From positions 180,001 through 212,000 of the forward strand of contig NZ_BCZP01000006.1 of assembly GCF_001598795.1 (NCBI RefSeq): a stretch of DNA of 32,000 nucleotides. Direction: 5' to 3'. Position numbers and translations under genes: made by a program. Source of the DNA: Delftia acidovorans NBRC 14950. GTDB lineage: Bacteria > Pseudomonadota > Gammaproteobacteria > Burkholderiales > Burkholderiaceae_C. Positions 1 to 10,157 of this stretch are shown here, piece by piece. The number at the start of each line of letters is the position of its first letter. Positions within the stretch are counted from its first letter, which is position 1. The notes under the pieces were generated by a model. It did no database searches. It saw only the letters and a list, made by a program, of their open reading frames with translations, and was not told the DNA's origin.

Positions 1-915
1 GGCCAGGGCCTGTGGGGCCATGTCGACAGGGATCGCCTGCACCGCGAGCTGGCCGCCTGCATCGGCCTGGACAGCTTCGCGGGCAGCGCCCGCCACGCGC
101 CCCATGCCTATCTGCAGGAGCGCCATGCCGTGTTCCGCGACCCGTGCCTGGGCACGGTGGGATCGGGCAACCATTTCGTGGAACTGCAGGTGGTCGACGA
201 GGTGCTGGACCGCCACGCGGCCTACCGCGCCGGCCTGCGCGCGGGCGACGTGGTGGTGATGATCCACAGCGGCTCGCGCGACCTGGGCTTTTACGTGGGC
301 CAGGCCTGGATGGACCGCGCCCGGGCCGAGTGGCCGCAAGGCGTGAAGCACCCGGCCAGCGGCCTGTACGGCCTGTCGGGTCCGCTGGCCGGCGAGTACC
401 TGCAGGCCATGGGCGTGGCGGCGCGCTATGCCTGGGCCAACCGCGTGGTGCTGGCCGAGCTGGTGCGCAAGGACCTGGAGCAGATCGTGGGCGCAGCGGA
501 TTCGCGCCTGGTGGTCGATGTGCCGCACAACGTGGTCCTGCAGCAAGGCGGCATGAACATCCACCGCAAGGGCGCCACACCGGCCAACGAGGGCGACTTC
601 GCGCTGATCCCGGGGTCCATGGGCGATGCCTCGTACCTGGTCACGGGCCTGGGCGCGGCCGACTGGCTCTGGTCCTGCAGCCATGGCGCGGGGCGGCGCA
701 TGCGCCGCCAGGCCGTGCGCGCGCTCCGGCCCGAAGCCCGTGCAGGCCATGCGGGCGAACAGGGCTGGCAATGCGTGACGCTGCGCGAGGAGCGCCGCAT
801 CGAGGAGGCGCCCGAAGCCTACAAGCCCATCGGCCCGGTCATCGAGTCGCAGGAGGCCGCCGGCCTGATCCACGCCGCCGTGAAGCTCAGGCCCTGGATC
901 ACCTTCAAGGCCTGA
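1..915 (+). CDS. rtcB: RNA ligase RtcB family protein, 3' portion (5' end lies upstream of the window)
   Basis: Frame 1 is open from base 1. The translation carries GSGNHF, VPHN, IPGSMG and SCSHGAGR motifs typical of RtcB. Stop TGA at 913-915. Confidence 0.85.
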   Translation, partial: GQGLWGHVDRDRLHRELAACIGLDSFAGSARHAPHAYLQERHAVFRDPCLGTVGSGNHFVELQVVDEVLDRHAAYRAGLRAGDVVVMIHSGSRDLGFYVGQAWMDRARAEWPQGVKHPASGLYGLSGPLAGEYLQAMGVAARYAWANRVVLAELVRKDLEQIVGAADSRLVVDVPHNVVLQQGGMNIHRKGATPANEGDFALIPGSMGDASYLVTGLGAADWLWSCSHGAGRRMRRQAVRALRPEARAGHAGEQGWQCVTLREERRIEEAPEAYKPIGPVIESQEAAGLIHAAVKLRPWITFKA

Positions 916-930
916 GCACCGGCAGGCGCC

Positions 931-2892
931 TCACTGCAGCCGCAAGCCGTCCGCCGCACGGTCCTGGGCCAGCTTGCGGTACAGCGTCTGGCGGCTGATG
1001 CCCAGCATGCGCGCGGCCTGGGTGACATTGCCCCGGCAGTTCTCCAGCGCCTGCCGCACGGCCGAGCGCGAGAGTTCATCCAGGCTCTGCGGCGCAGCGT
1101 CGAGCCGGGGGCCGCTGCGGGCGGTCTGCGCCAGCTCGGCCTGGAAGTCGTCGGGCAGGTGCTGCCACTGCAGGCAGTCCTCATGAGGGTCGAGCATGGC
1201 GCAGGCCGTTCTCAGCACGCTGGCGCACTGGCGCAGATTGCCGGGCCAGCCATGGCCGGCCAGCTGGGCCAGCAGGGCCGGTGCCATGTGCAGCGGGCGC
1301 GCGGGTTCGATGTCGGCCAGCATGCGCGCGGCCAGCGCCTCGAAGTCGCCGCGCTCGCGCAGCGGAGGCAGCTCCACGGCCAGGCCGTTGATGCGGTAGT
1401 ACAGGTCGGCACGAAAGCGGCCCTGGTCGGCATCCTCGCGCAGCCTGCGGTTGGAGGCGCTGACCAGCGCGAAATCGACCGCAACGGGCGTGCCACCGCC
1501 CAGCGGCACCACCTGCCGCTCCTGCAGCACGCGCAGCAGCCGGGTCTGCAGCGACAGCGGCATGTCGCCGATCTCGTCCAGGAACAGGGTGCCGCCGTGC
1601 GCCTGGCGCAGCAGGCCCGCCTGTCCTTCTCGCCGCCCGCCCGTGAAGGCGCCCTGGCGGTAGCCGAACAGCTCGGCCTCGATCAGCGACTCGGGCATGG
1701 CCGCGCAGTTGATGGCCACGAAGGGGCCGTCGCGGCGTGGCCCGCTGTCGTGGGCCGCGCGCGCAAACCATTCCTTGCCCACGCCGGACTCGCCCTGGAT
1801 GAGCAGCGCAATCGGCTTGCCCAGCACGCGCCGGGCCTTGTCGGCCGCCGTGCGCCAGCGCGCATCGCCCGTGTCCAGCCGCGCCAGCGCATCGCGCGCC
1901 GGCTGCTGCGGCGCCTGTTGCTGTTGCTGCTGTTCTGCAACCCGCTCCACGACCGAGGACCGGACCGTGCGCCGGTCCGGCACCAGCTGGCCGAATAGCG
2001 CCGTGCCGTCATGGCGCCGCAGCGGCTGGGCCGCATCGGGCTGGCGGTGCTGGCGTGACAGCAGCTCCTCCAGGCCGGCGTCCAGCACCTGCTCCAGCGA
2101 CACGCTGCCCAGTTGCCCCCGCGACAGGCGCAGCAGGGCCAGCGCGGCGCGGTTGGCGCCCACCAGCCATCCGTCCGCGGAGATCAGCGCAATGCCTTCG
2201 GCCACCGTGCCAATGCCTTCGGGCCGCGCGTGCAGGTGCAGGCGGATGTGGCGCTGGCCGTCGCAGGCCATGAGGCGGTTTTCGATCATGCGGGCCGCCG
2301 TGCCGACCAGGCCCAGCGTGTGCGGGCTGCCCCGGCCATGTTCGCTGGAGATGTCCAGGATGCCCAGCAGCTGGCCCGTGCCCGACAGGATGGGCGCGGC
2401 CGCGCAGGTGAGAAAGCCGTTGCGCTCCAGGAAATGCTCGCCGCCCTGGATTTCGATGGAGTCCATCTCGGCCAGTGCCGTGCCGATGGCATTGGTGCCG
2501 CGCTGCGCCTCATGCCAGGACGCGCCGCTGGCCAGGGCCACGCGCTCGGCCTTGCCCAGAAAGAAGGGGTCGCCGCAGGTATCCACCAGGGTGCCGCAGG
2601 GGCCGGCCAGCACCACCACGCTCTGGCTGCCGCGCACCTGCTCGGACAGGTATTCCATGACGGGCCGTGAATGCGCCAGCAGCGCATGGTGGCGGCTGCG
2701 CAGCACGCCCAGCGCGTGCTGCTCCAGGTTGTCGGCGGCGCCCAGCCGTCCTGTGGGACGCAGTCCCTGCTCGATGCAGCGCTGCCACGAGCGCGCCAGG
2801 CGCTCGTCCACCAGGCCGCTGGGGCACAGGCCTGACTCCATCAGGCTGTGACGGGCCTGGCGCAAGGCCACAAGGGAGGCTCTCGATTGCAT
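931..2892 (-). CDS. Sigma54-dependent transcriptional activator, AcoR/EatR-like (N-terminal GAF-type sensor, AAA+ core, Fis-type HTH), 653 aa
   Basis: Sensor region has WHEAQRGTNAIGTAL, Walker A is GESGVGKE, the GAFTGA-like loop reads GAFTGG, and the C-terminal HTH is QAARMLGISRQTLYRKL. A Q-rich linker (EQQQQQQAPQQ) is present. I chose the ATG at 2892, preceded by AGGAGA; the longer ORF to 2967 has no support. Confidence 0.85.
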   Translation of the reverse strand: MQSRASLVALRQARHSLMESGLCPSGLVDERLARSWQRCIEQGLRPTGRLGAADNLEQHALGVLRSRHHALLAHSRPVMEYLSEQVRGSQSVVVLAGPCGTLVDTCGDPFFLGKAERVALASGASWHEAQRGTNAIGTALAEMDSIEIQGGEHFLERNGFLTCAAAPILSGTGQLLGILDISSEHGRGSPHTLGLVGTAARMIENRLMACDGQRHIRLHLHARPEGIGTVAEGIALISADGWLVGANRAALALLRLSRGQLGSVSLEQVLDAGLEELLSRQHRQPDAAQPLRRHDGTALFGQLVPDRRTVRSSVVERVAEQQQQQQAPQQPARDALARLDTGDARWRTAADKARRVLGKPIALLIQGESGVGKEWFARAAHDSGPRRDGPFVAINCAAMPESLIEAELFGYRQGAFTGGRREGQAGLLRQAHGGTLFLDEIGDMPLSLQTRLLRVLQERQVVPLGGGTPVAVDFALVSASNRRLREDADQGRFRADLYYRINGLAVELPPLRERGDFEALAARMLADIEPARPLHMAPALLAQLAGHGWPGNLRQCASVLRTACAMLDPHEDCLQWQHLPDDFQAELAQTARSGPRLDAAPQSLDELSRSAVRQALENCRGNVTQAARMLGISRQTLYRKLAQDRAADGLRLQ

Positions 2893-3112
2893 GCTGTCTC
2901 CTGCTCGGGCGTCATTGCGCCACGTTGCAGACCAGTATGCGGGGCCGGCGGGCACCGGGCAAGCCAAGTGGCAGGCCAGGCGCCCGACTGTTCCATTTCT
3001 GGACAGTTGTCCTGTTGCGGAACGTCACGGCACAGGGCGAACGCGCACGGGAATACCCGCAGCAGCCACGTCCCGCGTGCCTTTGCGGGCACCTGCCCTG
3101 CTGCCTGCAGGC

Positions 3113-3128
3113 TGGCACGGCTTTTGAA
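3113..3128 (+). promoter_or_regulatory. Sigma54 (-24/-12) promoter for the aldehyde dehydrogenase operon
   Basis: TGGCACGGCTTTTGAA matches TGGCACG-N4-TTGCW except C to A at the -12 GC. It lies about 88 nt upstream of the ATG at 3215 and next to a divergent sigma54 activator gene. Confidence 0.6.
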
Positions 3129-3214
3129 TCATGTCTGCCGTCCGGCCATGGCCGGATATGCCGATCCACACCCGATCACAACAGACCCATAAGCATCCTC
3201 AGGAGACAAGCAGC

Positions 3215-4738
<1,524 letters not shown>

Positions 4739-4756
4739 AGTTCTTCCCAGGTGAAT

Positions 4757-4787
4757 GCGGCCGGCGGCGCACAGCGCGGCCGGCCGC
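4757..4787 (+). other. GC-rich intercistronic stem-loop between the aldehyde dehydrogenase and DUF779 genes
   Basis: GCGGCCGGC (4757-4765) pairs perfectly with GCCGGCCGC (4779-4787). There is no downstream T tract, so it is probably not a terminator. Confidence 0.4.
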
Positions 4788-4805
4788 CCAGGAAAGGACC
4801 AACCC

Positions 4806-5180
4806 ATGGTTGACAAAGTGACTGCCACCGACGCCGCGCTGGCGCTGATCGCCGACCTGCAGGCGCAGCACGGGCCGGTGTTCTTCCACCAGTCCGGGGG
4901 CTGCTGCGACAACAGCGCCGCCAACTGCTACCTGCCCGGCGAGCTGACGATAGGCGCCCAGGACGTGCTGCTGGGCCAGGTGGGCGGCGCGCCCTTCTAC
5001 ATCGGCAAGTCGCAGTATGAATACTGGAAGCACACCCAGCTCATCCTCGACGTGATCGAGGGCCAGGGCGGCACCTTCTCGCTGGAGGGCAGCACGGGCA
5101 AGGCCTTCCACACACGCTCCAGGCTGTTCACGGACGAGGAATACGCCGAGATCCTGGCCAGCGAGGGCAACGGCCCCTGA
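4806..5180 (+). CDS. DUF779 domain protein, 124 aa
   Basis: FHQSGGCCDNSAANCY, YWKHTQLILDV and FSLEG motifs match the DUF779 family as I remember it. The gene sits directly downstream of an aldehyde dehydrogenase, the usual context for this family. A GGA-rich RBS lies upstream of the ATG at 4806. Confidence 0.8.
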   Translation: MVDKVTATDAALALIADLQAQHGPVFFHQSGGCCDNSAANCYLPGELTIGAQDVLLGQVGGAPFYIGKSQYEYWKHTQLILDVIEGQGGTFSLEGSTGKAFHTRSRLFTDEEYAEILASEGNGP

Positions 5181-5198
5181 CAGGGGCTGCGCGGCGGG

Positions 5199-5786
5199 CT
5201 ACTTTCCGGTCAGCCGCTTGACCGCGGCCTCGGTCTGGCGCACATGCTCGTCCGGGTCCGAGCCCATGTGCACGAAGCGGACCTTGCCGTCCTGGCCGAT
5301 CACGTAGGAGATGCGGTCGGCGCGCTGGGGATCGGCGGCGGCCGAGGCGTCGTAGGCGCGGATGGTCTGCGCCTGCGGGTCCGATGCCACGGCGAACTGG
5401 TCGCGGCAGGCCTCGGTGGAAAAGCGCTTGAGCGTATCGATGTCGTCATGCGACATGCCCACCACCGTGGCGCCCATGGCCGCGAAACGCGGCGTGGCCT
5501 CGGCAAAGGCGTGGGCTTCCATGGTGCAGCCCTGCGTGAAGGCCTTGGGGAAGAAATACAGCACCACCGGCCCCTTCTTGAGCGTGGCGGCCATGTCGAA
5601 ATCAAAGGCCTTGCCCGCCACCGCGGCCGGCGTGGTGAAGCGCGGCGCGGTGTCGCCCACCTTGAGCGCGGCCTGGGCCAGCGGCGACAGCAGCAGCGCC
5701 GCCAGCAGGGGAGCGGCGGCACGCGCGCAGCGGCGGCCCAGGGATGCGCGTGGGTGGGTGGAATCGCCGCAGCGGATATCGGACAT
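5199..5786 (-). CDS. Exported peroxiredoxin / thiol peroxidase (AhpC-TSA/redoxin family), 195 aa
   Basis: PKAFTQGCT is the PxxxTxxC peroxidatic motif. The N-terminus has a hydrophobic signal-like segment ending AQA. The ATG at 5786 is preceded by AGGAGG (complement of 5794-5799). Confidence 0.8.
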   Translation of the reverse strand: MSDIRCGDSTHPRASLGRRCARAAAPLLAALLLSPLAQAALKVGDTAPRFTTPAAVAGKAFDFDMAATLKKGPVVLYFFPKAFTQGCTMEAHAFAEATPRFAAMGATVVGMSHDDIDTLKRFSTEACRDQFAVASDPQAQTIRAYDASAAADPQRADRISYVIGQDGKVRFVHMGSDPDEHVRQTEAAVKRLTGK

Positions 5787-5862
5787 GCATGGCCTCCTGA
5801 GCCTGGAACGGGATGCCCCATTGTGGCCAATCGGCCAAAGCCCTGGGCGCGTGTGCCGTGCA

Positions 5863-8800
5863 TCAGCGCCCTGCTTCACCGGGCCTGATCCTGAACCAGA
5901 TCGAGTACATGGCGGGCAGGAAGACCAGCGTCAGTACCGTGCCGGCCAGCGTGCCGCCGATCAGCGTATAGGCCAGTGTTCCCCAGAACACCGATTGGGT
6001 CAGCGGGATGAAGGCCAGGATCGCCGCCAGCGCGGTCAGGATCACGGGCCGGGCGCGCTGGACAGTGGCCTCCACCACCGCCTGGAACGGCGCAAGCCCC
6101 TCCTGCTCGTTGTGCTGGATCTGCCCGATCAGGATCAGCGTGTTGCGCATCAGGATGCCCGACAGCGCGATCAGCCCCACCAGTGCGTTGATGCCGAAGG
6201 GCTGCTGAAAGACGATGAGCGTCGGCACCACGCCGATCAATCCCAGGGGGCTGGTCAGGAACACCATGACCATGGCCGATATCGACCGCACCTGCAAGAT
6301 GATGATGATCAGCGTGATGGCGATCATGATCGGGAACAGGGGCAGCATGGCCGTCATGGCCTTGCCGGATTCCTCGATGGAGCCGGCCTCGTCGATGCGG
6401 TAGCCCGCAGGCAACGCCTTCCTGATGGGCTCCAGCTGCCGGGTGATGGCCGCCGACACATCGGGCGGCTGCAGGCTGTCATCAATGTCACCGCGGACCG
6501 TGATGGTGGGCATGCGGTCGCGGCGGCGCATGACAGGCTCCTCCATCTGCACGGTGACCTCGCCCAGCTGCGACAGCGGTATGCGCTGGCCAGTGGCGTT
6601 GGTGAGCGTGAAGTCGCCGACCCTGGCCACATCGTGGCGGGTGCCGCCCGCAGAACGCGCCACCACCTGCATGGTGCGGATGTCCTCGCGCACGGTGGTC
6701 ACGGGCACGCCGCTGAGCAGGAACTGCAGCTGCTGCGCGACCGCCGCAGAGGTCAGGCCCATGGCCTGCAGCCGGTCCTGGTCCAGGGTGAAGCGCATGA
6801 CGGGGGTGCGCACGCCCCAGTCGGAGTTCACGGTCCGCATCATCGGGCTGTCGTGCAGCACCTGGTGCACCTGGCCGGCAATGTCGCGCAGCCGCTGCGG
6901 GTCGGGGCCGGAGACGCGATACGCCACGGGGAACGGGGAGTACGGCCCGAACACGATCTGCGATGCGCGCACCTGCGCCTGCGGGGCCAGTCCCTGGGAG
7001 ATGGCCTCGCGCAGCCTCAGCTTGAGCGCGTCGCGCTGCGCCTGGTTGGCGGTGCGCACGACGATCTTGGCGAACGACGGGTCGGGCAGCTCAGGCGAGA
7101 TGGCCAGAAAGAAGCGCGGTGCGCCCTGGCCGATATAGGCGGTCACGATCTCCGATTCGGGCTGCTGCAGCAGCCAGGCTTCCACCGTGCGGGTGGTCTC
7201 GCTCGTCTGGCCGATGGAGGTGCCGTAGGGCATCTGCACCTCGACCATCACCTCGGGCCGGTCGGAGATGGGGAAGAACTGCTTCTTCACGATGGACATG
7301 CCCAGCACGGAAGCCACCATGAGCCCGCCCACGACTGCCGCCACCATGCCCTTGCGGGCGATCACCTTGCCCAGCACGCGCCGCAGGCGCTCGTAGCGGG
7401 GCGTGCCATACATCGCCGCATGTCCGCCCTCGACCTTCTTGAGAGGGGGCAGCATCTTCACGCCCAGATAGGGCGTGAACACCACGGCCACCACCCAGGA
7501 CGCGATGAGCGCGATGCCGACGATCCAGAACATGTTGCTGGTGTACTCGCCTGCAGCGGAGCGGGCGAACCCGTTGGGCATGAAGCCCACCGCCGTCACC
7601 AGCGTTCCGGACAGCATGGGCGCCGCGGTATGGCTCCAGGCGTAGGCGGACGCGGCCACGCGGTCGTAGCCCTCCTCCATCTTCACCACCATCATCTCGA
7701 TGGCGATGATGGCGTCGTCCACCAGCAGGCCCAGCGCAAGGATCAGCGAGCCGAGCGTGATGCGGTCGAAATTCTTTCCCGTGGCGGCCATGATGATGAA
7801 CACGGCCGCCAGCGTCAGCGGCACGGCCGCAGCCACCACCACGCCAACGCGCCAGCCCATGCTGGCGAAGCACACCACCAGCACGACCAGCAGCGCGGCC
7901 AGGAACTTGAGCATGAACTCATCGACGGAGGCGCTGATGTTCACGGCCTGGTCCGTCACCTTGCTCAGGCCCATGCCCAGCGGCATGTCTGCGTTGATGG
8001 CGCCCACCTCCCTGTCCAGCGCCTTGCCCAGGTCCAGCCCGTTCCAGCCGTCGCGCATGACGACGCCCAGCAGCAAGGCCGGCTCCGCGCCGTTGCGGAT
8101 GATGAAGGTCGAGGGATCTTCGTAGCCGCGCTGGACGGTGGCGATGTCGGACAGCTTGACCGTGCGGCCCTGGGCCACGATGGGCGTGTCGCGGATCTTC
8201 TGCAGCGCGTCGAACGCCCCGTCGATGCGGATGAACACTTGCGGACCCTGGGTCTCCACCGACCCGGCAGGGGTGAGGGCGTTCTGGTTGTTCAATGCAG
8301 CGAAGACGTCCTGCGGGCTGATGCCCAGCGTGGCCAGGCGCTCGTGCGAGAACTCCACGTAGATCCGCTCGGACTGCTCGCCGACGATGTTGACCTTCTT
8401 GACGCCCGGCACATGCAAAAGACGCTGGCGCAAGGCTTCGGCATCGCGCACCAGCGCCCGGGGCTCTTCGCCGCGCGCCTTGAGGGCGTAGATCGCAAAG
8501 GTCACGTCGGCGTACTCGTCGTTCACCATCGGGCCGATCACGCCCGCCGGCAGGTTGCGGGCCTCGTCACCGAGCTTCTTGCGGGCCTGGTAGAACTCCT
8601 CCTGCACCTCGCCGGGGGGCGTGGAGTCGAGCAGGGTCAGCGTGGTGAAGGCCAGCCCCGGTCTGACGAAGGTTTCGGTGCGGTCGTACCAGCGCAGCTC
8701 CTGCAGGCGCTTTTCCAGCTTCTCTGCCACCTGGTCCTGCATTTCCTGCGGGGTGGCGCCAGGCCAGGCCGTGATGATGGTCATGACCTTGACGGTGAAG

Positions 8801-8931
8801 GCCGGATCTTCCGCCCGGCCCAGCTTCAGGAAGGCAAAGACACCCGTCAGCGAAATCAGCAGGATCAGGAACAGCGTGATGGAGCGCTCACGGACGGCAA
8901 GCGCCGATAGGTTGAAACGGCCTTCACTCAC
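5863..8931 (-). CDS. RND efflux transporter permease (AcrB/AcrD/AcrF superfamily), 1022 aa
   Basis: The length, 12-TM-type hydrophobic blocks and LGLLVDDAIIAIE motif fit an RND pump. The start is GTG at 8931 and overlaps the MFP stop by 8 nt (GTGAGTGA). Confidence 0.92.
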   Translation of the reverse strand: MSEGRFNLSALAVRERSITLFLILLISLTGVFAFLKLGRAEDPAFTVKVMTIITAWPGATPQEMQDQVAEKLEKRLQELRWYDRTETFVRPGLAFTTLTLLDSTPPGEVQEEFYQARKKLGDEARNLPAGVIGPMVNDEYADVTFAIYALKARGEEPRALVRDAEALRQRLLHVPGVKKVNIVGEQSERIYVEFSHERLATLGISPQDVFAALNNQNALTPAGSVETQGPQVFIRIDGAFDALQKIRDTPIVAQGRTVKLSDIATVQRGYEDPSTFIIRNGAEPALLLGVVMRDGWNGLDLGKALDREVGAINADMPLGMGLSKVTDQAVNISASVDEFMLKFLAALLVVLVVCFASMGWRVGVVVAAAVPLTLAAVFIIMAATGKNFDRITLGSLILALGLLVDDAIIAIEMMVVKMEEGYDRVAASAYAWSHTAAPMLSGTLVTAVGFMPNGFARSAAGEYTSNMFWIVGIALIASWVVAVVFTPYLGVKMLPPLKKVEGGHAAMYGTPRYERLRRVLGKVIARKGMVAAVVGGLMVASVLGMSIVKKQFFPISDRPEVMVEVQMPYGTSIGQTSETTRTVEAWLLQQPESEIVTAYIGQGAPRFFLAISPELPDPSFAKIVVRTANQAQRDALKLRLREAISQGLAPQAQVRASQIVFGPYSPFPVAYRVSGPDPQRLRDIAGQVHQVLHDSPMMRTVNSDWGVRTPVMRFTLDQDRLQAMGLTSAAVAQQLQFLLSGVPVTTVREDIRTMQVVARSAGGTRHDVARVGDFTLTNATGQRIPLSQLGEVTVQMEEPVMRRRDRMPTITVRGDIDDSLQPPDVSAAITRQLEPIRKALPAGYRIDEAGSIEESGKAMTAMLPLFPIMIAITLIIIILQVRSISAMVMVFLTSPLGLIGVVPTLIVFQQPFGINALVGLIALSGILMRNTLILIGQIQHNEQEGLAPFQAVVEATVQRARPVILTALAAILAFIPLTQSVFWGTLAYTLIGGTLAGTVLTLVFLPAMYSIWFRIRPGEAGR

Positions 8932-10081
8932 GGGACGCTCCCGTGGACACGGAGGACGCCGTGGACGTTGTTGCCGTTGAAGGCGCCGGCGCCTCGCTGT
9001 CCAGTCGCACCTGCGCGCCCTCGCTCAACAAATGCGCGCCGAGCGCGACGATCCGCTCCCCCAGGTCGAGCGCACCCACCACCTGGGCATTGCCGTCCTG
9101 TACCTGAACCACGGTGACGGGCTGGCGCCTCACCTGATCGCCCTGCACCACCCAGACAGCGGCGCCCTTGCCCTCATCGAGGATGGCGCCGATGGGGACC
9201 TGCAGGGTTGCCTTGCCCGCTGTCGATGTCGATGTCGATGTCCCGCCCATCCTGAGCGTGACCGTGCTGCCCAGCGGGGCGCTGGCCGCCGCGCCGGCGT
9301 CCAGCACATAGCGGGCCTCAAAGGTGCGGGTGGCCCGGTCGGCCACATCGGACAGCTGGCGCAGTCTGGCGGGGATGACCACATCCTCCCTGCCGAACAG
9401 GCGGGCCTGGGCCGCCGAGCCCAGCGCGGGGCGCAGTGTTTCGGGCAACTGGACGACTGCTTCGCGCCTGCCGGCATGGGCGAGGCGCACGACCACCTGG
9501 CCGGCACTGACGACCTGGCCAGGCTCGGCAAGTGTTTCCATCACGATGCCATCGGCATCGGCCAGCAGTTCGGCGTAGCGGCTGGCGTTCAACGCTGCGG
9601 CGGCCTGCGCTTCGGCTGCCCTGAGCTGGGCGCGGGCGGCATCTGCGGCCGCCTTGATCTGTTCATGGGCCAAGGCCGAAACGGCACCCGTTCCCTGCAG
9701 GTCACGGTAGCGCTGCTCCTCGTCGCTGGCCTGCTGAGCCCGTGCCCTGGCGGCTGCAACGGCCTCCTGCTGGGCATGGGCGGCCAGCTTCAGGTCCACC
9801 GGGTCGAGGCGCAGCAATGCCTGGCCCCGCCTGACCGTCTGGCCTGTATCCACCAGGCGCTCGAGCACCTTGCCGGCCACGCGAAATCCAAGATCGCCCT
9901 GCACCCTGGCAGCGATGGTGCCGGTGAAGACACGCTCGGAAGCATTGCCTGGCGCTACCAGGGTGGTGCGAACGAGGGGTGGCTGGGTGCGCGGATCTGG
10001 CGGCGGGCTTTTGCCGCAGGCTGCGAGTGCAAGTGACAGTGCGCCGACAGCGGCGATGGACAGATGGCGGTGCCGAAGCAT
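8924..10081 (-). CDS. RND efflux periplasmic adaptor (membrane fusion protein, HlyD/AcrA family) lipoprotein, 385 aa
   Basis: Lipobox LALAACG, a coiled-coil A/Q/E-rich hairpin region and beta-barrel segments. The gene is overlap-coupled to the RND gene. Confidence 0.87.
   Translation of the reverse strand: MLRHRHLSIAAVGALSLALAACGKSPPPDPRTQPPLVRTTLVAPGNASERVFTGTIAARVQGDLGFRVAGKVLERLVDTGQTVRRGQALLRLDPVDLKLAAHAQQEAVAAARARAQQASDEEQRYRDLQGTGAVSALAHEQIKAAADAARAQLRAAEAQAAAALNASRYAELLADADGIVMETLAEPGQVVSAGQVVVRLAHAGRREAVVQLPETLRPALGSAAQARLFGREDVVIPARLRQLSDVADRATRTFEARYVLDAGAAASAPLGSTVTLRMGGTSTSTSTAGKATLQVPIGAILDEGKGAAVWVVQGDQVRRQPVTVVQVQDGNAQVVGALDLGERIVALGAHLLSEGAQVRLDSEAPAPSTATTSTASSVSTGASRE
9222..9242. 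repeat. Hexanucleotide tandem repeat (GTCGAT) x3.5 inside the MFP gene
   Basis: Read directly as gtcgatgtcgatgtcgatgtc. On the minus strand it encodes TSTSTST within GGTSTSTSTAG. Confidence 0.9.
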
Positions 10082-10122
10082 GAGGGGTCCCGATCAATGA
10101 GCAGGACCCGATTCTGTGATTA

Positions 10123-10146
10123 GTGACCATTTATGTCAACGGTCAC
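10123..10146. promoter_or_regulatory. Candidate TetR operator 2, GTGAC-N14-GTCAC, between tetR and the MFP gene
   Basis: GTGACC-N12-GGTCAC dyad with the same half-sites and spacing as the dyad at 10813-10836. Confidence 0.4.
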
Positions 10147-10157
10147 AACTGAGGATT

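Noticed and set aside
1915-1935. CAG/CAA-type trinucleotide run (ctgttgctgttgctgctgttc) encoding QQQQQQ in the activator.
   Set aside because: It fits the well-known Q-linker between sensor and AAA+ domains of sigma54 activators. It is short and in frame, and nothing suggests phase variation.
1-2892. Possible rtcB-rtcR pairing, since an RtcB ligase lies next to a sigma54 activator.
   Set aside because: The activator has an AcoR-type GAF sensor rather than the CARF-type domain of RtcR. It is convergent with rtcB, not divergent, and it faces a sigma54 promoter upstream of the aldehyde dehydrogenase. The real rtcB regulation lies upstream of the window and cannot be judged.
5171-5198. GCCCCTG-a-CAGGGGC palindrome across the DUF779 stop, considered as a bidirectional terminator for the convergent DUF779 and peroxiredoxin genes.
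   Set aside because: The loop is too small for the full stem and there is no T tract on either side. At best it is a weak hairpin.
5362-8910. A 1182-aa ORF on the plus strand. Similar giant ORFs lie at 16183-19140 (+, 985 aa), 20395-23160 (+, 921 aa), 14451-16682 (-, 743 aa) and 3176-4924 (-, 582 aa).
   Set aside because: Each lies antisense to, or out of frame with, a gene with unmistakable family motifs (RND pump, aminotransferase/HglS, amidohydrolase/COG0523, GroEL, ALDH). The translations are low-complexity and rich in R, G, A, H and Q, as expected when stop codons are rare in high-GC DNA. None has an RBS or recognisable motifs.
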